Part shown: one piece after another, positions 1-12,956 of the stretch
Position numbering within the stretch: position 1 is the first letter of the stretch
Layout: every line of letters starts with the position of its first letter
Source: Eledone cirrhosa
Taxonomy: Eukaryota
Assembly: GCA_964016885.1 (NCBI GenBank)
Contig: OZ024741.1
Location: 335,420,001-335,484,000, forward strand
Length of the DNA: 64,000 bases
Reading direction: 5' to 3'
Made by a program: the position numbers and the translations under genes
Notes under the pieces: model-generated
Databases searched by the model: none
Told to the model about the DNA's origin: nothing
What the model saw: only the letters and a program-made list of their open reading frames with translations

Positions 1-659
1 CGTCTCTAGTACCTACCACTAGGGCACAGAGACAACTACGAAAATCTTATAAAAATTCATACTTATAAACCTACTTTCAAAATTTTCAAAACAAAGTGTT
101 GTGGTGTCGTTCATATCTTTCTTAATGTTATTGTTCCTACTTAAGGTCGACTTATAAATCATTTGGGTGTTCCATAAACTACATCCTCATTTTGTTTCAC
201 ATCTATCTAAACTATATTTTAACCTGTAATCCTTGTTTCATTTCAGTTGCACCCCATTTCTCCACCACCACCCCTCTGCCTCTCTCTTTCTATCTTTCTA
301 TCTGTGATATTTGAATCTACTAGGATTTAGGCTTACCTTATTCCTATATATATATGTTTTTGCATGTCACTTAGATTCAAACTTATAATGATTGGCGTTA
401 TATATACAGTGGTAGGTCTAAAAATATTGGTAGCCAGATGAAAGGGGCCCACCTACATATAGAATGCTATCATTTAATTTTTATAATGAATAAATAACAT
501 TTTCGAAAAATACATAAGTGGAAACAAAACAGTGCAATCAAATTTTTGCGGAAAAATATTATGCATTTTGCGAAATCCAGTGACTTTCAATAATGACCTT
601 TGGTCTTTCACACTGACTCAATATATATGTGTGTGTGTGTGTGTGTATCTATCTATCTA

Positions 660-690
<31 letters not shown>

Positions 691-995
691 CTACATATAT
701 ATACGCCACATTCACCGCTAATTGATTTGACAGATGTCACTAACCCATTGATACCAAATATTATTTGGTCAGTAGTTTGTGTGTAAGTATATAAATATAT
801 ATATATGCTTGTGTGTTCGTGTCTATATATGTATGTATGCATGCATGAATGAATACACTAAGCTTTAGATCTAGATGAATGTACAACCACTGATTCCAGC
901 TATTTGCACTATCGTATATTTTGGTTTCTAGTAATTCCCTGGGGAATTGGTTGATCAAATGCTATATATATAATGTATATATATATATATATCCC

Positions 996-3650
996 AACAT
1001 AGCCTCATAGTTAGTGACCTCATAGTCAGGACTAGACGTACTCGACAACAGAGGAGGACTACCCTGAGGCAAAGAATATAGAAGTTGAAGGACCCCACAC
1101 AGCCAGTAACAAATTTAAAAGCATATTACTTGATGCTTTTGACAGTGAGGAAGAGCAATTAGAGACGTACAATATAGAGGAACAGTGTGAATTCTTGAAA
1201 GTTAAACTGCTGAAGGCGACAGTTGGAATCTGTGGCTGGAGCAGACCTGTGGGCAGGAGGAGAGTAACATGGTGGTGGAACAGTAAGGTTGAGGAGACAA
1301 TCAAAGCCAAAAAAGCAGGATTGGAAAGTAAGGCAGGATGGGGGAAGTAGAGAACACTATCAAGTGGCCAGGAGAGAAGCTAGGAGGCAAGTGTACTTTG
1401 CAAGAAGGGAAGCAGAGGATAGAAAGTTCAAGCATGTTCTACAACGCGAGGACCAAAAATGTGAGGTGTTCAGCATTGCAAGACAATGTGTCAAGGAAAA
1501 CTGTGATATTGTTGGGGAGAAGTGTGTTCATAATGATGATGGTGTACTCACTCTCACTGATACTGATAAGAAGGTGGCTTGGAAGTGATACTATGAGAGA
1601 CTATTAAATGAGGAGAATAAATGGGAAAAAGATAGTCTGCCCCAATCGATCTAATAGAGGGACCAGCAGTGCAAGTTAAAGGTAGTATAATAAGTAAGGC
1701 AATCAAATATATGAAGACAGGCAAGGCAGGTGGGCCTTCGGAGATAGTTGCTGAAATGCTGAAAGCATCTGCAATGGTAGGACATACTATGGTCATCCGG
1801 ATAGTAAACCAAGTAATACAGAATGGGGTCATACCAAATGACTGGCATAGCAGCAGCATCATTAAGTTAGTTGACCAGGTCATGAAGGTCACAGAAAAAG
1901 TTATAGCACAACTAATCAGAGATCGAAATGCAGTTTGGGTTTGTGTCAAGTAAAGGTACCACAGATGCTCTTTTCCTTGTACAACAACTACAGGAGAAGT
2001 ACCTAGCTAAAAGTAAACCCCTCCACTTAGCTTTTGTTGACTTGGAGAAAGCCTTTCACAGAGTCTCCCACTCCATTATCTGGTGGGCCCTTAGAAAACT
2101 AGGTGTTGATGAATAGCTTGTGAGAGCTATACAAGCCATGTATAAAGAAACAGTCAGCAAGGTTAGAATTAACAACGAATATAGTGAAGAATTTAGCATA
2201 AAAGTTGGTGTTCATCAAGGCTCTGTCCTTAGCCCCCTCCTATTTATTATTGCCCTTCAGGCTATAACAGAGGAGTTTAAGACAGGCTGCCCATGGGAAC
2301 TTCTATACGCAGATGATCTAACTCTCATAGCTGAATCTATGGCTGAACTAGAGAAGAAATTCCAAACATGGAAGCATGGCCTAGAATCAAAAGGCCTTAA
2401 AGTTAACTTGTCTAAGACTAAAGTTCTAGTATGTAGAAAGGAAAATAGGGCACAGCTGCCCTCTGGGAAATGGCCATGTTCAGTGTGTAGGAAAGGGGTA
2501 GGTAGGTAGAAATTCCATTTTATGTCCCAAATGCAAACTATGGGTACATAAAAGATGTAGTGGGATCACAGGTAAGCTATCTAAGAACGTAGATTTTATA
2601 TGTGGCCGATGCTCAGGTGCAATAAGTAGCAAGTGCCCACAGGATACTAGCTCTTTCTATTGCCCAGATGGTTCTATAGAAATAGTGGACACTTTCCGTT
2701 ACCTGGGTGACAAAATCAGCAGTGGTGGAGGGTGCTCTGAAAATACAGTAGCCAGAGTCAGAACGGGATGGAAAAAGTTCAGAGAGCTTATACCGCTGTT
2801 GGCCACAAAAGGTTTCTCTCTAAAAATGAAAGGCAGGCTGTATGATGCCTGTATATGAACAACAATGTTACATGGCAGTGAGACTTGGGTATTGTGTGCA
2901 GAGGACCTGCGCAGACTGTAAAGGAACAAAGCTTGCATGCTCCGTTGGATGTGTAATAATAATATACGCGAACAGCAAAACGTAAATGAACTAAGTGAGA
3001 ATTAGGAATAAGAGGGATCAGATGCTGTTTATTTGAGAGAAGACTATGTTGGTATGGTAACGTGATGCGCATGAAAGATGACAGCTGTATAAAAAAGTGC
3101 AGGGCGATCAAAATTGATGGAAGATACGGAGTAGGTATACCCAGAAAAACCTGTGACGATTTGATAAATTCCGACTTTACACACTTGCACCTCTCTAAGA
3201 CAATGTCACTGGACCGAGATCTTTGGCGCTATGCAGTAATACAGAAGACTGCCTTGCCTATGTACAAAGCAAAACCTACTGTCAGTAGGCACCTCTTAAC
3301 TAAATATACAGCCCAATCCACTACCCCTACTCCATCCTCCCACTCCCCCCAGCACCACCCTTCTCTGTAAAGTTATGTTGGTACCACAACATCCAGTCCA
3401 AAATAAATGAGGTTGTGTAGGTGTCACAACAAAAAAACACACAGTCCACGCTGTAATGTGGCCATCTAGGTAACATGGTAAAAACCTCCCAGTCCACACT
3501 GTAAACGTGGTTGGTGTTAGGAAGGGCATACAGCCGTAGAAAACCCGCCAGACAGTCCTGAGCAAGACAACCAATCTTGCCTCAAGTGGGACAATTCCCG
3601 TCCAGACCCATGCTAGCATGGAAGATGGACGCTAAACGATGATGATGATG
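996..3650 (+). mobile_element. Decayed, 5'-truncated RTE-clade LINE with (GAT)n tail
   Basis: Fragmented ORFs give MQFGF..GTTDALF, AFVDLEKAF, GVHQGSVLSP, LYADDL and a C4HC3 finger; colinear with the 9634-12956 copy; many stops and frameshifts; 3' UTR ends GGACGCTAAAC(GAT)n at about 3650. Confidence 0.92.
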
Positions 3651-3691
3651 ATATATATATATGCTTATATATATGTATATACATATATGTT

Positions 3692-3779
<88 letters not shown>

Positions 3780-3904
3780 GCCCAGAGTTTTTGAAGTCAT
3801 AGATCAAGAAAATTAATTCCTCTATATTATGTACAGAGCTAAAATATATTATATGAATAAGATCTCAACACATATTCATGCTACTTAAGGTTTCAAACTT
3901 CAAC

Positions 3905-3956
<52 letters not shown>

Positions 3957-3972
3957 TCATATATATATAGAG

Positions 3973-4004
<32 letters not shown>

Positions 4005-4130
4005 ATGTATATATATATAAATATAGTCAAGAGTTTCCATAGAATAGATAAAGGAGAAAGAGTAGTCTTTGTTAAGTACAGAGCCAAAACATATATACAC
4101 ACACTCACACACAAGCATATTTATGCACAA

Positions 4131-4460
4131 CTTAGACCAATATAAATTGATATATAATATTACATAATCTAGATTAATTCAAACAATCCAAAACAAATAT
4201 ATTAAACAGAATATGTTTTATGGCTGGGACAGGAACATGTTTCTGCTAGCTGAGAGCTTATTAAATACTCAAGCAAACATTATTTAGCCAGTGGACAAAT
4301 AAACTTCTTATTTGTCCATTGGCTGAATTAGTTTCTGCTTATTTATCTAATATCTACCCAACTAGCAGAAACTATTTTGTACATGTATTTCAATATATAT
4401 ACCCAGGTTGGTTTTTAATTGAAATAGACTATGTAACATATTAATTTATATTGCCCTAAG
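4131..4460. mobile_element. Fold-back/MITE-like imperfect palindrome
   Basis: CTTAGACCAATATAAATT at left pairs with AATTTATATTGCCCTAAG at right; inner arms GTTTCTGCTAG/CTAGCAGAAAC and TGGACAAATAA/TTATTTGTCCA. Confidence 0.6.
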
Positions 4461-4659
4461 CCATTTGCTTATTGAACTCAGGCTAGAATTCTGCAAAAGC
4501 TCCAAGCATAGTTTAAACCTAATCATATTGAGGCAGCTTGCTGTAAATTTGAATTCACAGATATTGCATCTTAACATCTACACTGCATGTCTTAAGTTGT
4601 CTATTGCTCAGGTATACTGTATATAACTTACTTTAATTTAAATTATTTTATTTATCTTC

Positions 4660-4772
4660 ATGAAGACACAAGGCTTAGTGGTTAGGGAACTGGATTCACA
4701 ATTGTGAGGTTGTGAGTTCGAATCCCAAACCGTGTTATGTCTTTGAGCAAGATACATTATTTGATATTGCTT
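4660..4772 (+). mobile_element. tRNA-derived SINE family 2, truncated
   Basis: A-box GGCTTAGTGGTTAG, B-box GAGTTCGAATCCC, core TTGAGCAAGATAC; similar to 63609-63752. Confidence 0.7.
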
Positions 4773-5125
4773 TTTCTGCCAAGAGTTGTGACCAGTACAT
4801 GGTATTAGCAATTGTTTCGTTTGTCCAATTTGACAGGCAAATGAGGTCTAGGTTCTTGTCAATTGATAAAATAATTATAATATATTTATCCACCAGCTAG
4901 AAGATTACTCCATCAACTAGAAGATTATGTTTGTGTATTCGATATACACAAAGTTGCCAAAACATATATATCTATTCCAGATATATAATATATATTAGTC
5001 AAATTTCTAAGATAGTGGTGGTAAGAAACTCTCAGGATCATGGGCAGCAGAAGATTTTCAGAGATGAAGACGATTGACTTAGCTCTTATAGTAGAGAATA
5101 CTGTGTTGTATGGGAATATGAGATC

Positions 5126-6790
5126 TAAGTCTATGTCTACATCTACGGCTGAGTTTGCAATCGTAAAGATTCAGCATGCTTTCTCCAATCATCCCGGTCG
5201 AGCATGACATTTCTCAGTTCATCAATGTTATCAATGTTGGCATCTCTCAGCAGGGTATCAATGAATCAGACGGCCTGTCTTCCCAAGCTTCTTCATCTGA
5301 CCGTCAGTTTCCAGAGCACAAGTTGTGATGCCATCTCATCTGGATGATGGATGCAGTCCCCAGCCAGTTTCATTTGTCTGCAGGCAACTTTTTTTGAGGC
5401 TGGTGATATTGATCTGTATAATTCCCTATTTGTCAGATTCTGTTTCCAAGAAATGTTGAGAGTCATTCTCAACATCCTCATGTAACATCCATTAAGTCAC
5501 TTGCATATCACTTTGTCAATAGTCCACATTTCACTGTCGTAAAGCAGGACAGACTCAACAGTTGCTAGGAAGAGGCACTCTTTGATTTTGCGGTTTTGGT
5601 TGAACTTCCCCACCTTCAGTAACTTGTGGCATGTCGACCATGCTAATGCTTTTCTAACTTTAATTCCTTGTGTGAGCTGTGCATCCATGCACCAAGATAC
5701 TTAAAGTTCTCAACTGTTTTAATTGTTGTACCGTCCTTAGCAAGAACTGGAGCTGAATCAACCTGATTGTAGTGCATGATTTTGGTCTTCTTTGCATTGA
5801 GATGCAGTCCTATTTTGCCTGATTCAACCTCGACACATGTGATCAGTGCTTCAACTTGGCTGATTTCCTCTGTGATCAAGGCAATGTCATCGGTGAAGTC
5901 TGTGTCAGTGACAACCTTTGGATGCTAACGACAACTCCTTCAATCCAATTTGAAACCCAACTCTTCTTCCTTCCCATAAATGGCCTGTCTCATTGCATAA
6001 TCGAGGACAATTTCAAATAGGAAGGGTGCAAGCGTGTCACCTTGGAGAACACCTGCGAGAATCTCAAAGTAATCAGTGTTTCCGTCCGGTGTCAATACGC
6101 GAGCTCGAGTACCCTCGTACATCAGACCTATAGCTTGAACTATCTTTTCAGGCACATCATATGCTCTCAGGATCTGGAGCATTCACTCTTGGTGGATACT
6201 GTCGAATGCTTTTCGAAAGTCTATAAATGTCACAACAGCCTTTAAGTTGTGTGATTGGACACCCTCGATTAATCTCCTCAATGCAAGAATATGTGCAATA
6301 GTCAACCTTCCTGATCGGAAGCCATTCTGATTCGGATGTAGCTGTGGATTGATTTTTGGTTGAATTCTGTTGAGGAGCATTTGATTTGCTAATTTGGCTA
6401 CAATGGAGGATAAAACTATTCCCCTGTAGTTGTCTGTATAGTCAAGATCACCCGACTTTGGTAGTGGCTTTATATAGCTTGCTGATCATTGGTCAGGCTT
6501 CTCGCTGACCATCAGCTTGTTGACATAGCCATGCATGATGTCATCCAGGTTGCAATGCTTGAGAACTTCTGGGCCGATGCCATCAGATCCAAAGGCTTTC
6601 CCCTCCATCAGAGACTTCTTGGGTACTGAGTATTCAGCAGGTGTGAAGAGTGTTTCTGAAATTCACAGAATTTTCAGCACTGGTACAATTTCGCCAATCT
6701 CACCCACAACCTTAGGCTCTTTTCCAAGTAATTCCTTGAAGTGTGAGTACCACTTCTTGATGCGATTTCCTTAGTTTGCTTTTATTATGG
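5126..6790 (-). mobile_element. Decayed RTE-clade LINE (different family), RT region plus 3' end
   Basis: Fragments NQNGFRSGR..HILALRRLIE..FIDFRKAFDSI, GVLQGDTLAPFLF, FTDDIAL, FKYLG; many stops. Confidence 0.9.
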
Positions 6791-7094
6791 CTTGTTATCT
6801 GTCTGAATATGTGATAGATCAAATGAATCAGGGAAAATAGGACAAAATATAAACAAATGGGATAGCACAGAAATGGGAAAAATAAATGGTAAATGTGATA
6901 AACACAAAAACAATGGATAATTCAAGTTTAGAAATCAACTGATTGGAATTTTTTTTTGTGATTTTTGTATTTGTTACATTTCCCCACTTTTTTTTTACTT
7001 CTTTCTATACCATCCTGTTTCTTTGCATTTCATCCCATATTCCATTATATTTCATTACATTTGATTTATTTTATCTATATATATATATATCCCA

Positions 7095-7263
7095 CACTGT
7101 ATATGTGGTTGGTGTTAGGAAGGGCATCCAACTGTAGAAAACCTGCCAGACAGTCCTATGCAAGCAAGACAATCACTCTTGCCTCAAGTGGGAAAACCCC
7201 CGTCCAAACCCATGCAAGCGTGAAACACGGACGTTAAACGTTGATGATGATGATGATGATGAT
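7095..7263 (+). mobile_element. RTE 3'-UTR-derived short repeat with (GAT)n tail
   Basis: GGTTGGTGTTAGGAAGGGCATCCAACTGTAGAAA...GGACGTTAAACG(TGA)n matches the 3' ends of the RTEs at 3510-3650 and 9634-9800; a second copy lies at about 7575-7860. Confidence 0.8.
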
Positions 7264-7343
7264 ATAATGAAGCAGGTGTCATAAGGAACCAGATGGACCA
7301 TAATGTACCAGAGTACTCAATACTTAGGGTAGTAGAGTGGGTA

Positions 7344-7459
7344 ATAGGAAAATGTTTGATCCCGACAGCAGAGCTCAAGCTGTTTCGACAGCTATTTCTG
7401 GACAGAAATAGCCGTCGAAACAGCTTGAGCTCTGCCATCGGGGTCAAACATTTTCCTAT
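7344..7459. repeat. ~56-bp inverted repeat with 4-nt spacer
   Basis: ATAGGAAAATGTTTGATCCCGAC...GCTATTTCT-GGAC-AGAAATAGC...GGGGTCAAACATTTTCCTAT. Confidence 0.85.
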
Positions 7460-7830
7460 ATATATATGTATATATATGAGTTCCAGGTTCAATCAGGTGT
7501 AACCACAGTAAGTAAGGTACACAATTCATTCGTTGAGTATATATAACAAATATAAAAATATATATATATGTGGGTGTCTTGACAAATAGCACCCAGCCCA
7601 CACTGTAAAGTGGCCATGTAGGACACACAGCAAAAAGTACCAAGCACACACTGTAAATGTGATTGGCAATAGGAAGTGCATCCAGCCATAGAAATCTAGC
7701 CAGAAACAGTCCTATATGAGCAATACATGGTCATCCGACCCAACTAGCCTCTAATGAGGCAAACCCATCTAACCCATGCTACCATGGAAAATAGACATTA
7801 AAGCATCATCATCATCGCCGCCGCCATCGC

Positions 7831-7862
<32 letters not shown>

Positions 7863-7929
7863 CTATCCTTGCTTGGCTGGTGGAAATAAACTCCCTACTG
7901 AAACTTTATAATAACTTTATTAATTATTG

Positions 7930-8400
7930 GCTGGCCTTCATAAAACATGTTTTATTTTGAATAGTATAATGGTAGAAGTACTGCACAGTATTAAAATTCT
8001 ACATAGACACCAGCATTGTCCACCAGTGTTTGTAATCGCCTGGGTATCCTCAACTGACTTCCTCAGGAACTCATGTGGTATGTTGGTCCGTACATGACAT
8101 GCATTCCTCCAACTGAGTCAGAGTTTTTGGTTTTGAATTATAAACTTTTTCCTTCGCCACCTCCAGAAGAAAAATATTAAAAGGCATTAAGTCAGGGCTT
8201 CTTGCTGGCCAGTCATGTGGATTTTGATGACCCAGCCAACATCCTGGAAATTGGACACCAAGCCTCTCATGGACAGTGCATGCAAAATGAGGTGGGCCCC
8301 ATTTTGCATGAATGGGAGGTCATTGATGTTGTTGCAAGTGGTCTCAGTGGGCCAAAAGTTATATGTAATTTTCAATATGGAGTTTCTTTCCACACAACAT
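7930..8400 (-). pseudogene. Tc1/mariner transposase C-terminal remnant
   Basis: Minus strand reads FMQNGA.HF, then WPARSPDL..F..F...KEKVY, the QDGAPPH and WPxxSPDL motifs of Tc1/mariner catalytic domains; frameshifted. Confidence 0.75.
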
Positions 8401-8870
8401 ATATATAGTGTAAGTCAACAGGTTAAAATTAACTAAATTTATTCATATTCACTGTTATATATATGTATTTTGGTGATATCAGTGAATATAATTATGCCTA
8501 TAAATCTGCCTACAGAGGGATCTTATTGCAATCACTCTTTATGTGAAATGGAGTGTAGAACTTGCCAATCTCTTTTGCATTACATGTGTTGATATGACAA
8601 GATAATTATTTAAGTAGGAGATAGTATCTGTGTACAACACAGCATATATTAGAAGATCTAAGATACCTTTAAGATACCCTTAAGTATAGTTGAATATTTT
8701 AGATTATAAGCCTTGCTGTTGCCACTATTCATAGAAAATCATAAGATACTACCTCCATGCATTGCAGAGATACATATTTGTTCATCAAGTAATCCTTTAT
8801 GTTTTTCTTTGTACATTCTCATAGGAAATAATAGAAAGTGTTGGCAACTTCTTTTTTTTGTTGTCTTTAA

Positions 8871-9391
8871 GGGTCTTCATCTTATTTTATAAGCTATTAT
8901 ATAGCTTATATAGCTCTGCATGAGCACACCATTCTTTATATTAAATTTATCTCCTCAGCACTTTGTGAAAGTCCAAGCATTTGGCTTCATATATACAATA
9001 GAATGTGTGTTTCCACTTCAATATTTGCAGGTGGATTGGATTGGCAGTATCGGTAGAGGGTTGGATGCCATGCTATGCAGCATAGATTTATAGCCCTTTA
9101 TGGTCTGAGTTCAAATCCTGCCATGGTTAACTTTGCCTTTCATCCTCATGGGGTTGATAAAATAAAGCACCAGTGACGTACTGGCGTCAGTTTAATCGAC
9201 CTTCCCATCCCCAAATTACTGGCCTTGTGTCTATACTAGAAATCATTATTTTCCCAGTGTGGCTTATAAATAAAAAAAAAATTGTAGTTGTATCTATATT
9301 GAATTTATCTTCGATGAGATAATTTTAAGAATGGTATGCTTATTATGCATGGAGGTGCTATAAAATAGCTTATAAAATAGAGTGAAGACCC
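8871..9391. mobile_element. TTAA-flanked MITE with GGG...CCC termini (Kolobok-like), containing a SINE
   Basis: TTAA|GGGTCTTCATCTTATTTTATAAGCTA ... TAGCTTATAAAATAGAGTGAAGACCC|TTAA; a related left end occurs at 13038-13150. Confidence 0.6.
9031..9250 (+). mobile_element. tRNA-derived SINE family 1
   Basis: A-box TGGCAGTATCGGTAG, B-box GAGTTCAAATCC, core GCCTTTCATCC..GGGGTTGATAAAATAAAG, tail TGGCCTTGTG..TAGAAA; more than 12 copies in the window. Confidence 0.85.
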
Positions 9392-9935
9392 TTAAGGATG
9401 GACAAAGAGGTTGTTATCAGCAACGAGCTGTATCTGGCATTTAAACGAGCCGTATCTGGCCAGAATTCTCCCAACTCTTTCTGTTCAAACCAACTGTAAC
9501 CGGCCATTCATACTGATGTTAAGGTATTGTTCTTAAAACGAATAATATCAAAATCTCATAGTTTCGATATTATGGGAGATAATTATGTGCGATAAAGTGT
9601 TTACCATAAAAATACAAAAGTAAATATAGAGTAATCATCATCATCATCATCATCACCGTTTTACGTCCGTTCTTCCACGCTAGCATGGGTTAGACGGGTT
9701 GTCCTGTTGTGGGCAGTGTCTGGTCGGCTGACCATGCCTTGCTCATACAGGAACTGATCTGGCTTGATTTCTACAGCTGGATGCCCTTCCTAACACCAAC
9801 CTCATTTACAGTGAGTGCTGGGTGCTTTTTCGTGGCGCCTACACGTCCACTTTACAGTGTGGGCTGGGTGCTTTTTTGCCGTGGCACCTCCACGACCACC
9901 TTGCGGTGGGGGGGGGGGCATATTGTTTATATGCT

Positions 9936-12008
9936 TCAGCATGTACCCATGGGAGGTCGGGTACCCTGTATTACTGCGTGACGCCAGAAGTCACGGTCGT
10001 GTGTCATTGACTTTGAGAGGTGTAGTTGGGTAAGGTCGGCTTTTATCACCTCATCCCAAGTCATCTTGGGTCTCCCCACTCCGCGGTTTCCATCAACTTC
10101 TAGTGCTCTGCACCTTTTTATGCAGCTGTCATCCTTCATACGCATCACATGTCCATACCAGCGTAACCGCCTCTCCTGCACGCAGCATTTGATTCCTCTT
10201 ATGCTCAGTCTCTCTCTCAATTCATTTATGCTTTGTCGTTCACGTATATTACTGTTACACATCCATCGGAGCATGCAGGCTTCGTTTCTCTCTAATCTAC
10301 GTAAGTCTTCCACCTTCAGCGCCCAGGTCTCACTACCATGCAACATCGCTGTTCGGATACACGCATCATACAGTCTGCCTTTCATTCTGAGGGAGAAGCC
10401 TTTTGCAGCTAGCAGTGGTAGTAGTTCCCTAAACTTCTTCCATCCCGTTCTTACCCTAGTTATTGTACTTTCTGAGCACCCACCTCCGTTGCTAATTCGG
10501 TCACCTAGGTAGCAGAAGCTGTCTACTGTTTCTACAGGGCCCTCCCAGAGATTGGTGGTACTTGTTTCCTGTGGCTGTTTGCTTGCTGTTTCAGCACAGC
10601 TGCTGCATGTGAATCCTACATTCTTAATTAAGCTTCCTGAGATCCCGCTACATCTCTTGTGTACCCATTGTTTGCATTTGGGGCAAAGAATGGAGTTCCT
10701 ACCTACACCTTTCCTACATACTGAGCAAGGCCATTTCCCTGAGGGGATCTGGGTTCTGTTTTCTCGTCTACTTATAAGGACCTTAGTCTTTGTCATGTTG
10801 ACTTTGAGGCCCTTTCTCTCTAGTCCCTGCTTCCAGGTTTGGAATTTATTCTCTAGTTCTACCATAGATTCAGCTATGAGTGCGAGGTCATCAGCATACA
10901 GGAGTTCCCATGGGCATCCGGTCTTAAACTCCTCCGTTATTGCCTGCAGGACTATGATGAACAGGAGAGGGCTAAGAACAGAGCCCTGGTGGACCCCAAC
11001 CTGTACGCTAAATTCCTCGCTATACTCATTGCCAATCCTAACTTTGCTGACTGCTCCCCTATACATGGCTTGTACCGCTTTCACAAGCCATTCATCTACT
11101 CCTAGTTTTCTAAGAGCCCACCAGATTACTGCACGTGGAACTCTGTCAAAGGCTTTCTCAAGGTCGACAAATGCCAAGTAGAGTGGCTTACTTTTAGCTA
11201 GGTACTTTTCCTGTAATTGCCTCACAAGGAAGAGCGCATCAGTGGTGCCTTTCCCTGGAACAAACCCAAATTGCATCTCGTCTATATTCACCCGGTCCCT
11301 AATCAGCTGTGCTATAACTCTTTCTGTTACTTTCATGACCTGGTCCATCAACTTTATACCTCTATAGTTTCCTCTATCTAGTGCATCACCTTTACCTTTG
11401 TAGCAGTTGACAATGATGCTACTGCACCAATCTTTTGGTATGGCCCCCTCTAGTATTACCTGGTTAACGATACGTGTGGTTATAGTGTGACCTACAGACC
11501 CAGATGCCTTCAGCATCTCGGCAGCTATACCCGATGGACCGGTTGCCTTCCCTATCTTCATATCTCTGATTGCCTTACTTACTACGCTGCCGCTGACTTG
11601 TACTGCTGGTCCCTCTATAGGGTCTACGTAGGGTAGGGTCTCTTCTTCCCATGCATTCTCCTCATTTAGTAATCTATCATAATGACTCTTCCATGCATCT
11701 TTCTTCTCAGCACTTGTGAGGGCAAGCTCACCTTTATCATTCCGGATACACTTCTCTCCAATGACATCACAACTATCTCTGACACACTGCCTCGCAATCT
11801 TGAATACCTCCTGTTTCTGGTCCTCACGTTGTAAAACATGCTTGAATTTTCTATCCTCTGCTTCCCTCCTAGCTAAGTATACTTGTCGCCTAGCTTCCCT
11901 CTTGGTCTCTATGTAATGTACCCTGCTCCCCCCATTCTTCCATTCTTTCCATGCCTGTCTCTTGGCCTTGACTGCTTCATCTACCTTATTGTTCCACCAC
12001 CAAGTCAC
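9936..12008 (-). CDS. RTE reverse transcriptase portion (690 aa)
   Basis: NYRGIKL, MQFGF, AFVDLEKAFDRV, GVHQGSVLSP, YADD, FCYLG, MLHGSETW, RRLRWYGHV; no internal stops. Confidence 0.92.
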   Translation of the reverse strand: MTWWWNNKVDEAVKAKRQAWKEWKNGGSRVHYIETKREARRQVYLARREAEDRKFKHVLQREDQKQEVFKIARQCVRDSCDVIGEKCIRNDKGELALTSAEKKDAWKSHYDRLLNEENAWEEETLPYVDPIEGPAVQVSGSVVSKAIRDMKIGKATGPSGIAAEMLKASGSVGHTITTRIVNQVILEGAIPKDWCSSIIVNCYKGKGDALDRGNYRGIKLMDQVMKVTERVIAQLIRDRVNIDEMQFGFVPGKGTTDALFLVRQLQEKYLAKSKPLYLAFVDLEKAFDRVPRAVIWWALRKLGVDEWLVKAVQAMYRGAVSKVRIGNEYSEEFSVQVGVHQGSVLSPLLFIIVLQAITEEFKTGCPWELLYADDLALIAESMVELENKFQTWKQGLERKGLKVNMTKTKVLISRRENRTQIPSGKWPCSVCRKGVGRNSILCPKCKQWVHKRCSGISGSLIKNVGFTCSSCAETASKQPQETSTTNLWEGPVETVDSFCYLGDRISNGGGCSESTITRVRTGWKKFRELLPLLAAKGFSLRMKGRLYDACIRTAMLHGSETWALKVEDLRRLERNEACMLRWMCNSNIRERQSINELRERLSIRGIKCCVQERRLRWYGHVMRMKDDSCIKRCRALEVDGNRGVGRPKMTWDEVIKADLTQLHLSKSMTHDRDFWRHAVIQGTRPPMGTC

Positions 12009-12066
12009 TCTCCTCCTGCTTGAGGTCTTACTCCAGCCACAAACCTCATCCGTCGCCTCTAGTAAG

Positions 12067-12956
12067 TTATTTTTTTAGGAACTCCCAGTTCTCTTCTACG
12101 TTAAATGTCTCTATCTGTTCTTCTTTACTGTCGTAGGCGTTGAGTAAAATATCTTTAAATCTGTTACTGGTTGAGGGGACTTTCAGCTTCCAGATCTTTC
12201 TTCTCCAGGTTGGCCTCTGTTTCAGGGCTCGTCTAGTTCTGACCGTGAGGTCGCTGACAACTAAGCTATGTTGGGATGTACATTCCTCACTAGGGAAGGC
12301 TTTTGTGTTTACGACCGTCCATCTGTCACGTCCTCTGATGAGGATAAAATCTAACTGACTAGAGTGCTCCCCTGATCTATAGGTGATCAGGTGGTTGTCG
12401 GGTTTTTTAAAGTTTGTGTTACATATCGACATGTCATTGGCGTCGCAGAATTCTAGAAGTCTGAATCCTTCCTCATTCCTTGTGCCAACTCCATGGCCTC
12501 CATGTACTCTATTGAAGCCGTCGCAGTGTTTACCTACGTGTCCGTTAAAATCTCCTGCAATGATTAGGAAGTCCTTGTCGTCTGTTAGAGCAGTAGTGTG
12601 TATTAGGGACTCGTAAAACCTATCCTTAAGTTCGTCTGGCAGCCCCGATTGGGGTGCGTAAGCTGATATTATTGTGGTAATTGTCTTATTCAGGACTAGT
12701 CTGAGTTTAATGATTCTTGCATTTACCCTGTACACTGAGATTACTTTATCTACCCACTTGTCAGCTAATAGTATACCTACACCACCCATCCCATCGTCAT
12801 TTCCCACCCAGAAAAATTTGTAGCACTGGCTTTTTCCTACAAGGACTCTAGCAGACCCTCCTCTCCATCTAGTCTCTTGCACACAGCATACATCAACTTC
12901 CTTTCGCTCTAGCATTTCTACGATTTCTCCTGCTCTTCCTTTCATTGAGCCTACAT
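12067..12956 (-). CDS. RTE APE-type endonuclease portion
   Basis: CVQETRW, GVGIL, SAYAPQ, AGDFNGHVG, TY, SQLDFIL, QHSLV; the first N of the NVG motif is lost at the truncation. Confidence 0.9.

Larger units (their letters stand above)
9634..12956 (-). mobile_element. Near-intact RTE-clade LINE (APE endonuclease + RT + PHD-type finger), clipped at its 5' end
   Basis: EN ORF 12067-12966 and RT ORF 9936-12008 are separated by a single +1 frameshift; 3' UTR ends in (GAT)n, seen as (CAT)n at 9634-9654. Confidence 0.95.

Noticed and set aside
8202-8436. Plus-strand ORFs or exon after CCTCCAG
   Set aside because: Antisense to a Tc1/mariner transposase remnant.
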